The notes: generated by a model from the letters alone, not told the origin. Shown: positions 37,795-47,416, numbered from the stretch's first letter. The stretch is DNA of 64,000 nt from Actinomycetota bacterium (GCA_012514635.1 JAAYZX010000004.1:42704-106703), one strand, 5' to 3'. Numbers and translations: made by a program.

Positions 37795-37826
37795 CCTCAT
37801 CCTCAACCTGAGGGTATAACCTGAGG
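37795..37826 (+). promoter_or_regulatory. Nested hairpin / direct repeat (AACCTGAGG x2) in the ilvD-ilvB spacer
   Basis: CCTCA-T-CCTCA-ACC-TGAGG-GTATAACC-TGAGG. Two CCTCA copies face two TGAGG copies. AACCTGAGG is repeated at 37805-37813 and 37818-37826. Confidence 0.3.
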
Positions 37827-37886
37827 CATGCCCGGCGGGGTTCCCATCAGCATTACGGTCGTACTATCGGCGTCAACGGTCACAGT

Positions 37887-39593
37887 ATGAGCGGAGAAAG
37901 CATGAAAGGGTCATACATACTTCTCGAAGCCCTCAAGCAGGAGGGAGTGGACGTGGTCTTCGGTTATCCCGGTGGCAGCGTCATCCCCCTCTATGATGCT
38001 TTGTACGACTTCGATATTCGTCATATCCTCACGCGTCACGAACAGGGCGCCGCGCACGCGGCTGATGGTTACGCCCGCGCCTCGGGCAAAGTAGGAGTCT
38101 GTGTTGCCACTTCGGGCCCGGGTGCATGCAACCTGGTCACCGGCATTGCCAACGCGTATCTTGACAGTGTGCCCATGGTGGCTATAACCGGGCAGGTGCG
38201 CACATCGCTAATTGGTACAGATGCCTTCCAAGAGGCGGATATCACGGGTATTACGTTACCCATCGTGAAACACAGCTACCTGGTGCAGAAGGTCGACGAC
38301 CTTCCACGTATCGTGCGCGAAGCCTTCTACTTGGCCCGTACGGGCCGTCCGGGCCCTGTACTGATAGACGTGCCGGTCGACATCACAGTGGCGGAAACCG
38401 AGTACGATCCATCGTGCCCGCCGGACATGGCTCTGCCGGGCTATAAACCTACGGTCAAGGGTCATCCCAAACAGATTAGAGCGGCGGCTGCGGCCCTGGC
38501 TCAGGCCGAGCGTCCCGTGATCTACGCAGGCGGCGGAATCATCAGCGCGGGAGCCTCACAGGAGTTGCGCGATTTGGCCCGTTTCGCGCACATCCCGGTG
38601 ACCACCACACTTACCGGCATCGGGTGCTTCCCGGAAGACGAGGAGCTGTCTTTGGGAATGCTGGGCATGCACGGGACGCGCTACGCCAACTACGCGGTCA
38701 CTCACTGCGACTTGGTGTTTGCGGTAGGCGTGCGTTTTGATGATCGTGTCACCGGTAAACTGGAGACGTTTGCTCCGGGAGCCAAGACTATACACGTCGA
38801 CGTTGACCCGGCTGAGATCAGCAAGAACGTGGTTGTTGACATTCCTATTGTGGGAGACGCGCGCTGGGTGCTCTCGGCCATCCTGGATGAATTGAAAAAG
38901 CACCAACTCGCGGTTGATCGTCATCTGCCATGGATGGCCCAGATCGCACAGTGGAAAGAAGATCATCCCCAGGTGGTACGGCAGGATCCCGGAGGGGAGA
39001 TCATGCCGGAGCACGTGGTGCGTCGCCTGTGGGAGATCACCAAAGGCGAGGCCCTCATAACCACCGAAGTGGGGCAGAATCAAATGTGGGCCGCCCAATA
39101 CTACCTGGCGCGCTATCCCCGCCAGTTCATCACTTCCGGGGGTTTGGGCACCATGGGCTTCGGATTTCCGGCAGCCATCGGCGCCAAGGTGGCGTGTCCG
39201 GATTCTCTCGTTATTGACATTGCGGGCGATGGGTCCTTCCAGATGAATATCCAGGAACTGGGGACGGCCGTGGCACACGACATACCTGTGAAGGTGTGCA
39301 TTTTAAACAACTGCTGTCTGGGTATGGTTAGGCAATGGCAGGAACTGTTCTGGCAGAAACGCTACAGCCAAACCTGCTTCGAGTGTCAGCCGGATTTCGT
39401 CAAGGTGGCTGAAGCCTACGGTGCGGAAGGCTATCGGGTAACCGGCCTGGATGACCTAGATGAAGTGCTGCGTGAGTCGCTGTCCAGCGACGGGCCTGCT
39501 GTGATTGACGTTCCGGTTAAGCAGGAGGCAAACGTATATCCCATGGTTCCGGCCGGCGGTTCCATTCACGAGATGCTGGAAGAGGAGGGCTGA
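37887..39593 (+). CDS. ilvB: Acetolactate synthase (acetohydroxyacid synthase) large subunit
   Basis: ThDP-enzyme motifs VFGYPGGSVIPLYDAL, GPGACNLVTGIANAYLDSVPMV, GLGTMGFGFPAAIGAK and IAGDGSFQMN. Alternative start ATG 37902 (GGAGAA upstream). Confidence 0.95.
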   Translation: MSGESMKGSYILLEALKQEGVDVVFGYPGGSVIPLYDALYDFDIRHILTRHEQGAAHAADGYARASGKVGVCVATSGPGACNLVTGIANAYLDSVPMVAITGQVRTSLIGTDAFQEADITGITLPIVKHSYLVQKVDDLPRIVREAFYLARTGRPGPVLIDVPVDITVAETEYDPSCPPDMALPGYKPTVKGHPKQIRAAAAALAQAERPVIYAGGGIISAGASQELRDLARFAHIPVTTTLTGIGCFPEDEELSLGMLGMHGTRYANYAVTHCDLVFAVGVRFDDRVTGKLETFAPGAKTIHVDVDPAEISKNVVVDIPIVGDARWVLSAILDELKKHQLAVDRHLPWMAQIAQWKEDHPQVVRQDPGGEIMPEHVVRRLWEITKGEALITTEVGQNQMWAAQYYLARYPRQFITSGGLGTMGFGFPAAIGAKVACPDSLVIDIAGDGSFQMNIQELGTAVAHDIPVKVCILNNCCLGMVRQWQELFWQKRYSQTCFECQPDFVKVAEAYGAEGYRVTGLDDLDEVLRESLSSDGPAVIDVPVKQEANVYPMVPAGGSIHEMLEEEG

Positions 39594-40081
39594 TGAAGCG
39601 CACACTGTCGGTCCTCGTGGAGAATAAGCCGGGTGTGCTGACGCGCATCACCGGTCTATTCGCCCGTCGTGGTTTCAATATCGATAGTCTTGCCGTGGGG
39701 GAGACTGAGAACCCGCTCTTCTCACGTGTCACTATCACGGTGGTTGGGCACGATCAGCCTGTTGAGCAGGTGACAAAGCAGCTTCACAAGCTGATCAACG
39801 TCATCAAGATCACCGATTTGGAACCGGCGGAACGCCTTGAGCGCGAGTTGCTGTTGGTGAAAGTGAAGGCTACGGCCGACAATCGCGCCGAGATCATGCA
39901 GGTGGCTGAGATTTTCGAAGGACGGATCGTGGATATATCGCCGGAGACGGCCGTGATCGAGGCGACAGGTCCGCGACGCAAGGTAGAGGCGTTGATCGAG
40001 TTGTTGCGATCAATGAACGTGGTGGTGGAGCTGATCCGGACAGGCAAGATCGCCGTGCGCCGGGGCCCCAAGCTCACCTAG
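39593..40081 (+). CDS. ilvN: Acetolactate synthase small (regulatory) subunit
   Basis: ACT domain start [37 protein letters not shown] stop/start overlap with ilvB. Confidence 0.95.
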   Translation: MKRTLSVLVENKPGVLTRITGLFARRGFNIDSLAVGETENPLFSRVTITVVGHDQPVEQVTKQLHKLINVIKITDLEPAERLERELLLVKVKATADNRAEIMQVAEIFEGRIVDISPETAVIEATGPRRKVEALIELLRSMNVVVELIRTGKIAVRRGPKLT

Positions 40082-40101
40082 GAGGCGACAAGGAGGAAGC
40101 G

Positions 40102-41109
40102 ATGGCCACTATGTATTACGACAGCGATGCCGACCTGAGTCTGTTGCGGGGACTGAAGATAGCCATCATAGGATTCGGGAGTCAGGGTCACGCCCATTCG
40201 CAGAATCTACGAGACAGCGGCATGGATGTTGTTGTGGCGGAAGCACCCGGATCGGCGGCGTGGGATCGTGCAGTGGCCGCCGGTTTCGAGGTTCTGACCG
40301 CTGCGGACGCAGCCGCCGGAGCACAGGTGATCATGCTGGTGGTGCCGGACCAGACCCAGAAGATGGTGTATGAGTCCGCCATCAAAGATGCCCTCAAAGA
40401 GGGCGACATGCTTATGTTTGCCCACGGATTCAACATCCATTTCGGCCAGATTGTTCCTCCGCCGTTTGTAGATGTCACTATGGTTGCGCCCAAGGGTCCC
40501 GGCCATCTGGTCAGGCGGGTTTATGCTGAAGGTGGCGGGGTGCCGTCATTGGTGGCGGTTCATCAGGACTTCAGCGGTGAGGCCCGGGCCAAAGCGCTGG
40601 CTTATGCCAAGGGCATCGGGGCCACCCGCGCCGGGGTGATCGAGACCACGTTCCCGGAAGAGACTGAAACCGACCTCTTCGGTGAGCAGGCCGTGCTGTG
40701 CGGCGGTTGCAGCGAACTCATCCGTGCCGGTTTCGAGACGCTGGTGGAAGCCGGATATCAACCCGAGATCGCCTACTTCGAATGTCTGCATGAGCTCAAA
40801 TTGATTGTGGATCTCATCTATGAGCACGGCATTAGCGGCATGCGCTATTCCATTTCAGACACTGCTGAATATGGAGACGTGACACGTGGCAGACGCATAA
40901 TCAATGCCGAGACACGTGCCGAGATGGGACGTATTTTGGCCGAGATCCAATCCGGAGAGTTTGCTCGGGAGTGGATCCTTGAGAATCAGGCGGGGCGGCC
41001 CATGTACAACGCTCTTACCCGGCGTGATGCAGAGAGCCGCATTGAGATGGTAGGAGAGAAGCTGCGTTCCATGATGAGTTGGATAGGTGAAGGCAAGCAG
41101 CTGGAGTAG
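40102..41109 (+). CDS. ilvC: Ketol-acid reductoisomerase
   Basis: [37 protein letters not shown] and ISDTAEYG. Confidence 0.95.
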   Translation: MATMYYDSDADLSLLRGLKIAIIGFGSQGHAHSQNLRDSGMDVVVAEAPGSAAWDRAVAAGFEVLTAADAAAGAQVIMLVVPDQTQKMVYESAIKDALKEGDMLMFAHGFNIHFGQIVPPPFVDVTMVAPKGPGHLVRRVYAEGGGVPSLVAVHQDFSGEARAKALAYAKGIGATRAGVIETTFPEETETDLFGEQAVLCGGCSELIRAGFETLVEAGYQPEIAYFECLHELKLIVDLIYEHGISGMRYSISDTAEYGDVTRGRRIINAETRAEMGRILAEIQSGEFAREWILENQAGRPMYNALTRRDAESRIEMVGEKLRSMMSWIGEGKQLE

Positions 41110-41127
41110 CCGTAGGTAAATGTGGAG

Positions 41128-41152
41128 GGGCCGCCCGCTTTGCGGGCGGCCC
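41128..41152. terminator. GC hairpin 1 between convergent ilvC and the 41225..41806 gene
   Basis: GGGCCGCCCG (41128-41137) and CGGGCGGCCC (41143-41152), with loop CTTTG. Confidence 0.55.
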
Positions 41153-41160
41153 AAAGAGCT

Positions 41161-41193
41161 GAGGCCGGGGGTCGCTTTGCGACCCCCGGCCTC
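41161..41193. terminator. GC hairpin 2 between convergent genes
   Basis: GAGGCCGGGGGTCGC (41161-41175) and GCGACCCCCGGCCTC (41179-41193) are perfect complements around TTT. It shares the central GCTTTGCG core with hairpin 1. Confidence 0.55.
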
Positions 41194-41224
41194 AGCTCAC
41201 AAACACCGCAGTTCGTCTCCCTTG

Positions 41225-41806
41225 TCAATACGTTCGGCACATCCCCTGAAATGGCCAGTGGGACGAGTTGCGAACCGCCTCGACCATGTCCAGGACGTAC
41301 TGAGGCGGTTCATGATCACGCCACATGGGCATGCCGCCGCGCCATACGTAGTCTAGGATCTCGCGGAAACCTGCACGGTCGAAGATATACTCACCTAGGT
41401 GGACGAGTTCCTTTTCTTTGTCAAAACGAACCACCATGTCTTCGGCGGTGGCGTATTCGCGCAATATGGGCTCAATGATGTCGCGCACCTGCCAACCTTC
41501 AGGCTTCTGCTTGAAATCCTCGGGGGCGGCAGGGAATGGATAAACGCGGTGAACGGCCGGTATAAAACCCGGGTGATCGTGGCCCTGGATGGACCAGTGT
41601 AGGTTGCCGATGTTGCTCTGCTCATGGATTACGTATATAGGAAGCCGCTCTTCTTGAGGAGGTTTCGAAGTGGCCCAGCGGCTTACCCATGCGCAAAAAT
41701 CAGTTGCAAAGAAGAACGAGTTGTTCAGCAGAAGACAGTCGGTATCGATGTTGAAAAAACCGAACGCCACGATGCCGTGGCTGAGGGTGCGATGTCCAAG
41801 AGGCAT
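41225..41806 (-). CDS. Hypothetical protein (193 aa), no family recognised
   Basis: The ORF has ordinary composition and is rich in aromatic residues (..IYVIHEQSNIGNLHWSIQGHDHPGFIP..YVWRGGMPMWRDHEPPQY..). It lies directly downstream of, and co-directional with, a LysR regulator. Confidence 0.5.
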   Translation of the reverse strand: MPLGHRTLSHGIVAFGFFNIDTDCLLLNNSFFFATDFCAWVSRWATSKPPQEERLPIYVIHEQSNIGNLHWSIQGHDHPGFIPAVHRVYPFPAAPEDFKQKPEGWQVRDIIEPILREYATAEDMVVRFDKEKELVHLGEYIFDRAGFREILDYVWRGGMPMWRDHEPPQYVLDMVEAVRNSSHWPFQGMCRTY

Positions 41807-41852
41807 AGCGTCTCCACTCTGGGTTAAATACGATCACGTAGATTCTACACGA

Positions 41853-42824
41853 TTACAGACCGGCACCCTCCATTTCTTGTGGTCCGCGCTCGTGGGTTAC
41901 TTGATCGGACCATTCTAGAATGGGTTTGGTCATGGTAGCTGCGGCCGAGAGCATATTGGCGCGCACGTGTACCATCAGCGCGCGGGTGGCCACAGTCGCG
42001 TAACGGTCTTTGGCGCGAATGAGGTTGAGACTGCGCGTGATGGGTTCTTCGAAAGGTACGAAGGATACTTCTGAGTGCTGAAGTCTCCTGAGGGCCAGTC
42101 GGGGGATGATGGAGATCCCCAATCCGCTACCGGTGAAACTGAGCATTGAGTCCAGTGACCCCACCTGGTAGGCTACCCGAGGCTCGAAACCGGCGTGATG
42201 GCAGAGTTCGGCCACCTGAGCGGCCAGTGAGAAATTCTCGCCAAGAGTAATGAGGTGTTCGTTCTCGAGCTCACGCAATCTCACTGCGGATCTCTGTGAT
42301 AGGCGGTGCCGTTCGGGAACGGCCAGCAGCAGCTCTTCGTTGAGGAGGTGGGTAACCTCCAGCACGGCAGGGTTGGACGGTTGGCTGACGATGGCAAAGT
42401 CTACTGCGCCGTCCAGAACCCCCCGCTCCAAGGAGACGGTAACGTCCTCTTTCAGGTGAACACGGATTCCAGGGTAGTTCTTGCTGAAGCCGGCGAGAAT
42501 GCTGGGGACGAAATGGGCTGCGACACTCGAGATACTACCGAACGTCACCTCGCCGGTGGTCACCCCCAAGCGCTCGCTCATGACGCGCATGGCTTCATCC
42601 GCCTTGGAGAGCACCGCTCTGGCCAGGGGGAGGAAGATGCGGCCATCCAAGCTGAGAGCGACTCTGCGACTGGTGCGATCAAAGAGTCGGCACCCCAGCT
42701 CGGTCTCCAGCTGTTTGATCTGGTAACTCAGAGCCGGCTGTGAGACGTGGAGGCGCGCGGCGGCCTCTGAGAAACTGACCGTCTCAGCGATGGCCACGAA
42801 ATAACGAAGTTGGGTGAGTTCCAT
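41853..42824 (-). CDS. LysR-family transcriptional regulator
   Basis: N-terminal HTH MELTQLRYFVAIAETVSFSEAAARLHVSQPALSYQIKQLE plus a LysR substrate-binding body. Confidence 0.9.
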   Translation of the reverse strand: MELTQLRYFVAIAETVSFSEAAARLHVSQPALSYQIKQLETELGCRLFDRTSRRVALSLDGRIFLPLARAVLSKADEAMRVMSERLGVTTGEVTFGSISSVAAHFVPSILAGFSKNYPGIRVHLKEDVTVSLERGVLDGAVDFAIVSQPSNPAVLEVTHLLNEELLLAVPERHRLSQRSAVRLRELENEHLITLGENFSLAAQVAELCHHAGFEPRVAYQVGSLDSMLSFTGSGLGISIIPRLALRRLQHSEVSFVPFEEPITRSLNLIRAKDRYATVATRALMVHVRANMLSAAATMTKPILEWSDQVTHERGPQEMEGAGL

Positions 42825-43139
42825 GAGCAGCTACTCCCAATGAATCCTCGTGCTGCCATTGCTTGCTCCGGTATAGTGCAACTGTGCAGGCGATTGCCTG
42901 GGTGTGACACTCAAACGCCGCGCCCATTGCTCCGAGAACAGGCGGTGTACAGAGGATTTGATCTATCGAATCTCTTTATAGCACATATAGAAACAATATA
43001 TTGGATTTATAGGTTGACCCGCCGTACAATACAACCAGCTGAGCATGACGACCGCGACATCGGGATACCCCCCATCCCATCGCGGCAAAGCTGAGCAGTT
43101 TCCCCGCAGTATAGCCGGCCCTCCCCCCCCTGGGGCTGG

Positions 43140-43640
43140 CTATACGCATTTTTGGGGTTCGTGATATGAATCGAACAGTGCTTCCAGACGCTCCATGGCC
43201 CAGGCCAGCATAAGTGCGCATTTTTTGCGTGCATCCGACCCGCGAAAACCCGCCAGTCCCTCAGGTGTGGACAGATCGTAACCGGTGAGTTGCGTACAGT
43301 TCGTGCCACCGAACTCAATGCGGAAATCGTGGAAGAGTGCGCGAAGATGATCCTGAGCTTCGGCCGCGGTGGCCTCGCTATGGGTGCAGGCGCCGGTGGC
43401 CCGCGGCGAATCTTTGAGTCCTACGGCCAGCGCCGTTCCCGTGAGCACCCCACAGATTTTTCCTTGTCGCGCGATACCTCCGCCTAAATAGCGGGCGATC
43501 TCGCATATCTCCGGTGGATCGCCCAGCCGCATGGCGGCAAACATCACCATGGTCTGGGCACAGTTGCGGTGCTCCGGTCCAACAGCGCAGAATCCGGCCA
43601 GCGCCGTTTGAGCGGCCTCAGTGTAGGGGATGGCTCCCAT
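43140..43640 (-). CDS. C_GCAxxG_C_C-family putative redox protein
   Basis: Spaced Cys pattern: NCAQTMVMF, GKICGVLTGTALAVG, THSEATAAEAQ.., GGTNCTQLTG and KKCALM. Confidence 0.65.
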   Translation of the reverse strand: MGAIPYTEAAQTALAGFCAVGPEHRNCAQTMVMFAAMRLGDPPEICEIARYLGGGIARQGKICGVLTGTALAVGLKDSPRATGACTHSEATAAEAQDHLRALFHDFRIEFGGTNCTQLTGYDLSTPEGLAGFRGSDARKKCALMLAWAMERLEALFDSYHEPQKCV

Positions 43641-43975
43641 GGTTTCCTTTCTCCGATAACGTTACCTTGGGCCATGCATGAGCGATCATACAACCTGTAC
43701 GAAAGGGATGGCGGCTGTTGGCGGCAGAATCGGAGGGTGACGTACCGTGTACGGCAGGCGTCGGTCAAGTGGTTGATCTGGAGATTGTGTGGAACAGACT
43801 GTTTAGCTACCATGCGTGGAGGTATCCGGTAGTGTGGAAGGGGCGTATAAAAGGGGTGAGTTCGCGCGGGCACCCGCGCGACGGCCGTTTCTATTGCCTC
43901 GGGTCATGATGAACAGGGATGCGTACATGGGTCCTGGACTGAAACAGTGATGGGTACGCAGGATGAGGAGGATCC

Positions 43976-44899
43976 GTGAAAAAAATGAAAGAACCACGAG
44001 CGCAGCGCCATACGCTTCGCCTTGTGCGGAGGTTTGGTATGTGGGGTGTGATGACGGTAGTGTTTGTCGTCTCCATGACGCTTTTACTCGGCGGTTGCGG
44101 AATATCTCTTCCTCTTCCCTGGAAAAAAGATACGACGACCACGGAGGCAGTACCCACTACTGCGTTGTCTGCCGACACCCCCACAGAGGCTACGGGTACC
44201 ACGCGCACCACCCGCACCCTCGCAAAACAACACCTCACTCCTGAAGCGGCCGTTACGGCGGTGGCACCGGCCGGCTGGGTACTTGAACTGGTGGCGGAAC
44301 AGAAGAACTGGGCGGAGGTGTGGGCAGGCCCACCCCAGAGCGAATTCGATACGGTGTATATCGTGCGGCGGGGAGCCGGTGGTTGGGTCGTGACGGAGCA
44401 GGCTCCGATTGGGGACGAGGTCGGCTACTATGATGATTCACTTGTGGGCGGCCCCTGGCGGGAGCAGGACTTCCCCGAGATATACCAGCCCGGAAGCGGC
44501 CTGTTCGTGGAGTTTCGCTCGGGTGCGTACCCGAACCCGGCTCACGCAGAGTATCCGCAGAATAACGCAGGTGCTCAGACCGTGTGGCTCAGCCTCGGGG
44601 AGATGTTGAACAAATTGAAAGAAGGATACATAACGGACGCGACATCGTACGTGACTGCCGATTTCTATCGCCACTTCTTTTTCGATTTCTTCAACTCTGG
44701 AGAGCCTACGTCGTTTGATGAGTTCGAATTGACCGGATGGCAGGAGGCCGGAGGGAATCAATTTCAGGTCTGGGCCAACCTGTACAGCTCTGATGCCGTT
44801 TCTTCATTCCTGCGGCGGGCCGTCTTCACAGGAGTTCCACTGCCGGATAGCACCGGCTTGATGGTGTGGGTAGACATCTGGGAGCCGATCGAGCTCTAA
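43976..44899 (+). CDS. Putative lipoprotein, unknown function
   Basis: GAGGAGG upstream of GTG 43976. Signal peptide with lipobox (VVFVVSMTLLLGGCG), a Thr-rich linker and then a globular region. No family recognised. Confidence 0.55.
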   Translation: MKKMKEPRAQRHTLRLVRRFGMWGVMTVVFVVSMTLLLGGCGISLPLPWKKDTTTTEAVPTTALSADTPTEATGTTRTTRTLAKQHLTPEAAVTAVAPAGWVLELVAEQKNWAEVWAGPPQSEFDTVYIVRRGAGGWVVTEQAPIGDEVGYYDDSLVGGPWREQDFPEIYQPGSGLFVEFRSGAYPNPAHAEYPQNNAGAQTVWLSLGEMLNKLKEGYITDATSYVTADFYRHFFFDFFNSGEPTSFDEFELTGWQEAGGNQFQVWANLYSSDAVSSFLRRAVFTGVPLPDSTGLMVWVDIWEPIEL

Positions 44900-44900
44900 C

Positions 44901-45803
44901 GTGACCCCCGGCACCAAGCGTACTCGTCTGCTGGCCGAGGGAGGATTGGCACTCGCCGGAATTATCTGGGGCGCCAACTTCACGTTGGTCAAGTTCGTGA
45001 TGGGGTTCATGCCGCCTTTCTACTATCTGGGATTGCGCTTCACCCTGGCGTTCCTCATCATGGCCGTCTTCAGTTTGAAGAAGATTGTGAGGCTGTCGCT
45101 TCGGCAATGGGGTATGGCTGTTTTGGTGGGATTGTGTCTATTTGCCGGTTTTGCGTTCCAGACCGTCGGTATTCTCACAACCTCACCGGGGATCAACGGT
45201 TTTCTGACCTGTCTTTACGTGTTGCTGGTCCCTTTCTTTATCGGGGTTGCTACGGGCAAATGGCCGAAGCCGGGGGTTCTGGTCGGGATCGTGTTGGTGG
45301 TGGGCGGTATTGGTCTACTCACGGTCTCGGGACAGCTGTCTTTTGGGGTGGGCGAGATTCTCACCATGGTGGGCACCATTTTCTGGGCCCTGCACATTCT
45401 TGTCTTGTCGTGGGCAACCAAGCGCATGGACGTCATGTCATTGACGTCTCTGCAGTTGGGTGTGCTGGGTTTTCTGAGTCTTGCCATCGCGTTCGTGTTT
45501 GAGAAGCCGGTTCTGTTCCCGGGTTGGCCGCCTTTGGGGGCCGTAGCGTACACGGCGATCATGGGCGGCGTGGTGGCTTATTTCCTCATGACTTGGGGCC
45601 AGCGCCACACGTCTCCCACTATCGCGGGAGTGCTTATGAGTCTTGAGTCGGTGTTTGCCGTGATCGTCTCCATGGCCTTCGGCTACGATCCGGTCACTCT
45701 GCGCGGGGTTATCGGCTTTGCGCTGGCGTTTGCGGGTACTGCTTTGGCTCAGGTGTCTTCTTCCGCCACCGTGACCGAACCCGTGCTGGACGGACGACCT
45801 TAG
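44901..45803 (+). CDS. DMT-superfamily (EamA-like) transporter
   Basis: Ten hydrophobic helices with two EamA-like halves (LALAGIIWGANFTLVKFVM..). Starts 2 nt after the previous stop. Confidence 0.8.
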   Translation: MTPGTKRTRLLAEGGLALAGIIWGANFTLVKFVMGFMPPFYYLGLRFTLAFLIMAVFSLKKIVRLSLRQWGMAVLVGLCLFAGFAFQTVGILTTSPGINGFLTCLYVLLVPFFIGVATGKWPKPGVLVGIVLVVGGIGLLTVSGQLSFGVGEILTMVGTIFWALHILVLSWATKRMDVMSLTSLQLGVLGFLSLAIAFVFEKPVLFPGWPPLGAVAYTAIMGGVVAYFLMTWGQRHTSPTIAGVLMSLESVFAVIVSMAFGYDPVTLRGVIGFALAFAGTALAQVSSSATVTEPVLDGRP

Positions 45804-45885
45804 AGCGATGCCCCATCAGCACATCAGTGCCTTTGGGTGGCCGACTCGGCGGAGTAGGAATAGTTGGGTTGACGGGATAGGTGGC

Positions 45886-46356
45886 TCAGCGTCGCAAGAC
45901 GAGCACTACCCCAATTATCAGCAGCAAAACCCCAAACAGACGGGTGGTAGACAGGGGGATTTGTGTGACGCCGAACAGGCCCAGGCGGTCTATGAGAAGT
46001 CCTCCTGCCAGTTGACCGGCTACGGTTGCAGCGGTGAGGGCTGCGACACCTAAGATGGGCACCAGTCTCAAACCCGCGTAGACCAAACCAACCCCCATGA
46101 GTCCGCCCGCAAAGAGCCACCAGGGGGCGCCGGACAACGATACCGAAGTCAGGCTGCCTGTGGTTAAGGTCAAAATGAGCAGGAACACGGTACCTACGGC
46201 GAAGGAAATAAGAGCGGCCGTCAGGCCTGCGGAGCGAAGAGCCAACTGGGCGTTTATGGGAGGCTGCATCGCTGCCACCGCTCCGACGGCGAACGCGATG
46301 AGACCCAAGAGCAGAACAGTTATAGCGGACGACCTCCCTTTGCCCATGTTACCCAT
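45886..46356 (-). CDS. DMT-superfamily membrane protein (DUF606/YdcZ-like)
   Basis: Five-TM protein with AMQPPINAQLALR near the first helix. Start chosen at an internal ATG (46356), because the track start abuts the upstream gene stop. Confidence 0.6.
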   Translation of the reverse strand: MGNMGKGRSSAITVLLLGLIAFAVGAVAAMQPPINAQLALRSAGLTAALISFAVGTVFLLILTLTTGSLTSVSLSGAPWWLFAGGLMGVGLVYAGLRLVPILGVAALTAATVAGQLAGGLLIDRLGLFGVTQIPLSTTRLFGVLLLIIGVVLVLRR

Positions 46357-46395
46357 GGTCGGCCGGGCCTGTCTCAGTCTTGGAGTGCCCTGCAC

Positions 46396-47163
46396 CTATT
46401 CGACGAAGCCCTCGACCACGTAGCTGCCGCCCGCTTCTCGGGATCGCCGCAGCTTGATGAAACCTCGTTTCTGGGCATCCTCCAGTAGGTTGCTGAAACT
46501 ACGGTACCCGTAGCCGGACTCACTGAATGAGGGGCGCTTGCGCTGCATGGTGTCTTTTACCATGGACGCAAAGATTGGATCTCGATTCTCACGGAGGAGG
46601 GCGGCGATGGACTCAAACAAAAGATCGAAGACTTCGCGCTTGTCTTTTGGGACACCGCTGTCCACCGCGGGCGATGGCGTGGGCGGTGGTGCCTGTTCTA
46701 GGTCTTCGTAGAAAATGAACTCGTCACATGTGTTGGCCAGCAGGTCTGAAGTGGACTGCTTCATACCCAGGCCGATGATGTGTTTTCCATTTTCCTTCAG
46801 CTTGGAGACGAGCGGCGAAAAGTCGGAGTCTCCGGAGACCACGACAAAGGTGTCAATGTGCTCCTTGCTCCAGGCCAGATCCATGGCGTCAACGGCAAGC
46901 CGTATGTCCGCAGAGTTCTTGCCGGTCATGGAGCGTTTGGGGATCTCAATGAGCTCTATGGCTGCTTCGTGTAGGGAGCGAGTGTACTTGTGGTAGTCAT
47001 GCCAGTCTGCGTAGGCTTTCTTGACAATAATCTTGCCCTTCTCCAGTAGCCGCTCCAGGATCATCTTGATGTCAAACTCGCCCGGACGGTGCTTGAAGCC
47101 GATGGCAAGGTTCTCGAAATCGATGAACACCGCCAAAGTACGCTCTGAGTCACGATTAGCCAT
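46396..47163 (-). CDS. NYN-domain (LabA-like) protein with a C-terminal OST-HTH/LOTUS domain
   Basis: LAVFIDFENL, KAYADW, GKNSADIRLAVDAMDLA, FVVVSGDSDFSPLVSKLKENGKHIIGLG (NYN/PIN-like acidic residues). C-terminal LOTUS-like segment VFDLLFESIAALLRENRDPIFASMVKDTM..GYGYRSFSNLLEDAQKRGFIKL. Confidence 0.75.
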   Translation of the reverse strand: MANRDSERTLAVFIDFENLAIGFKHRPGEFDIKMILERLLEKGKIIVKKAYADWHDYHKYTRSLHEAAIELIEIPKRSMTGKNSADIRLAVDAMDLAWSKEHIDTFVVVSGDSDFSPLVSKLKENGKHIIGLGMKQSTSDLLANTCDEFIFYEDLEQAPPPTPSPAVDSGVPKDKREVFDLLFESIAALLRENRDPIFASMVKDTMQRKRPSFSESGYGYRSFSNLLEDAQKRGFIKLRRSREAGGSYVVEGFVE

Positions 47164-47400
47164 AACCCTAGGATACAGTAAAGACCCGGTCGGAGTGCAT
47201 TAGAACAAATCTCCTCCTTGCAGCAGATGCCATCGGTAGACTAAACTACGCTACCATGTATGAGCTGCTTCTCAGCGTTTCCTGTGTCACAGTCATCCGC
47301 ATCGCGGCCGGTTCCGGTTACCGTGAACCGCTCGATCTACCGCCTCTGCCCGTCTTCTCCTCAGAGACTACACTCGGCCTAGCCGGCGCTTTGGCGCTGC

Positions 47401-47416
47401 TCCCCCGCTAGGGGGA
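47401..47416 (+). promoter_or_regulatory. C5/G5 palindrome TCCCCCGCTAGGGGGA in the leuA leader (shared with the leuC leader)
   Basis: 16-nt inverted repeat ending 69 nt before the leuA ATG. A near-identical copy ends 73 nt before the leuC ATG. It is followed by a second GC hairpin (GCCGG-CGTTCT-CCGGC) and the AGGTAGA SD-like box. Confidence 0.45.

Noticed and set aside
42950-43030. TTGACC..TACAAT as a plus-strand promoter for an sRNA in the LysR upstream spacer.
   Set aside because: The spacing between the two hexamers is only 5 nt, and nothing is obviously transcribed downstream on that strand.
47256-47411. 51-codon upstream ORF MYELLLSVSC..ALALLPR* in the leuA leader, considered as a classical Leu-codon attenuation leader peptide.
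   Set aside because: There is no SD in front of its ATG. The three Leu codons lie about 130 nt from the hairpin rather than overlapping an alternative stem. No U-tract terminator follows. The analogous leuC upstream ORF has no Leu run. It is kept only as context for the palindrome finding.
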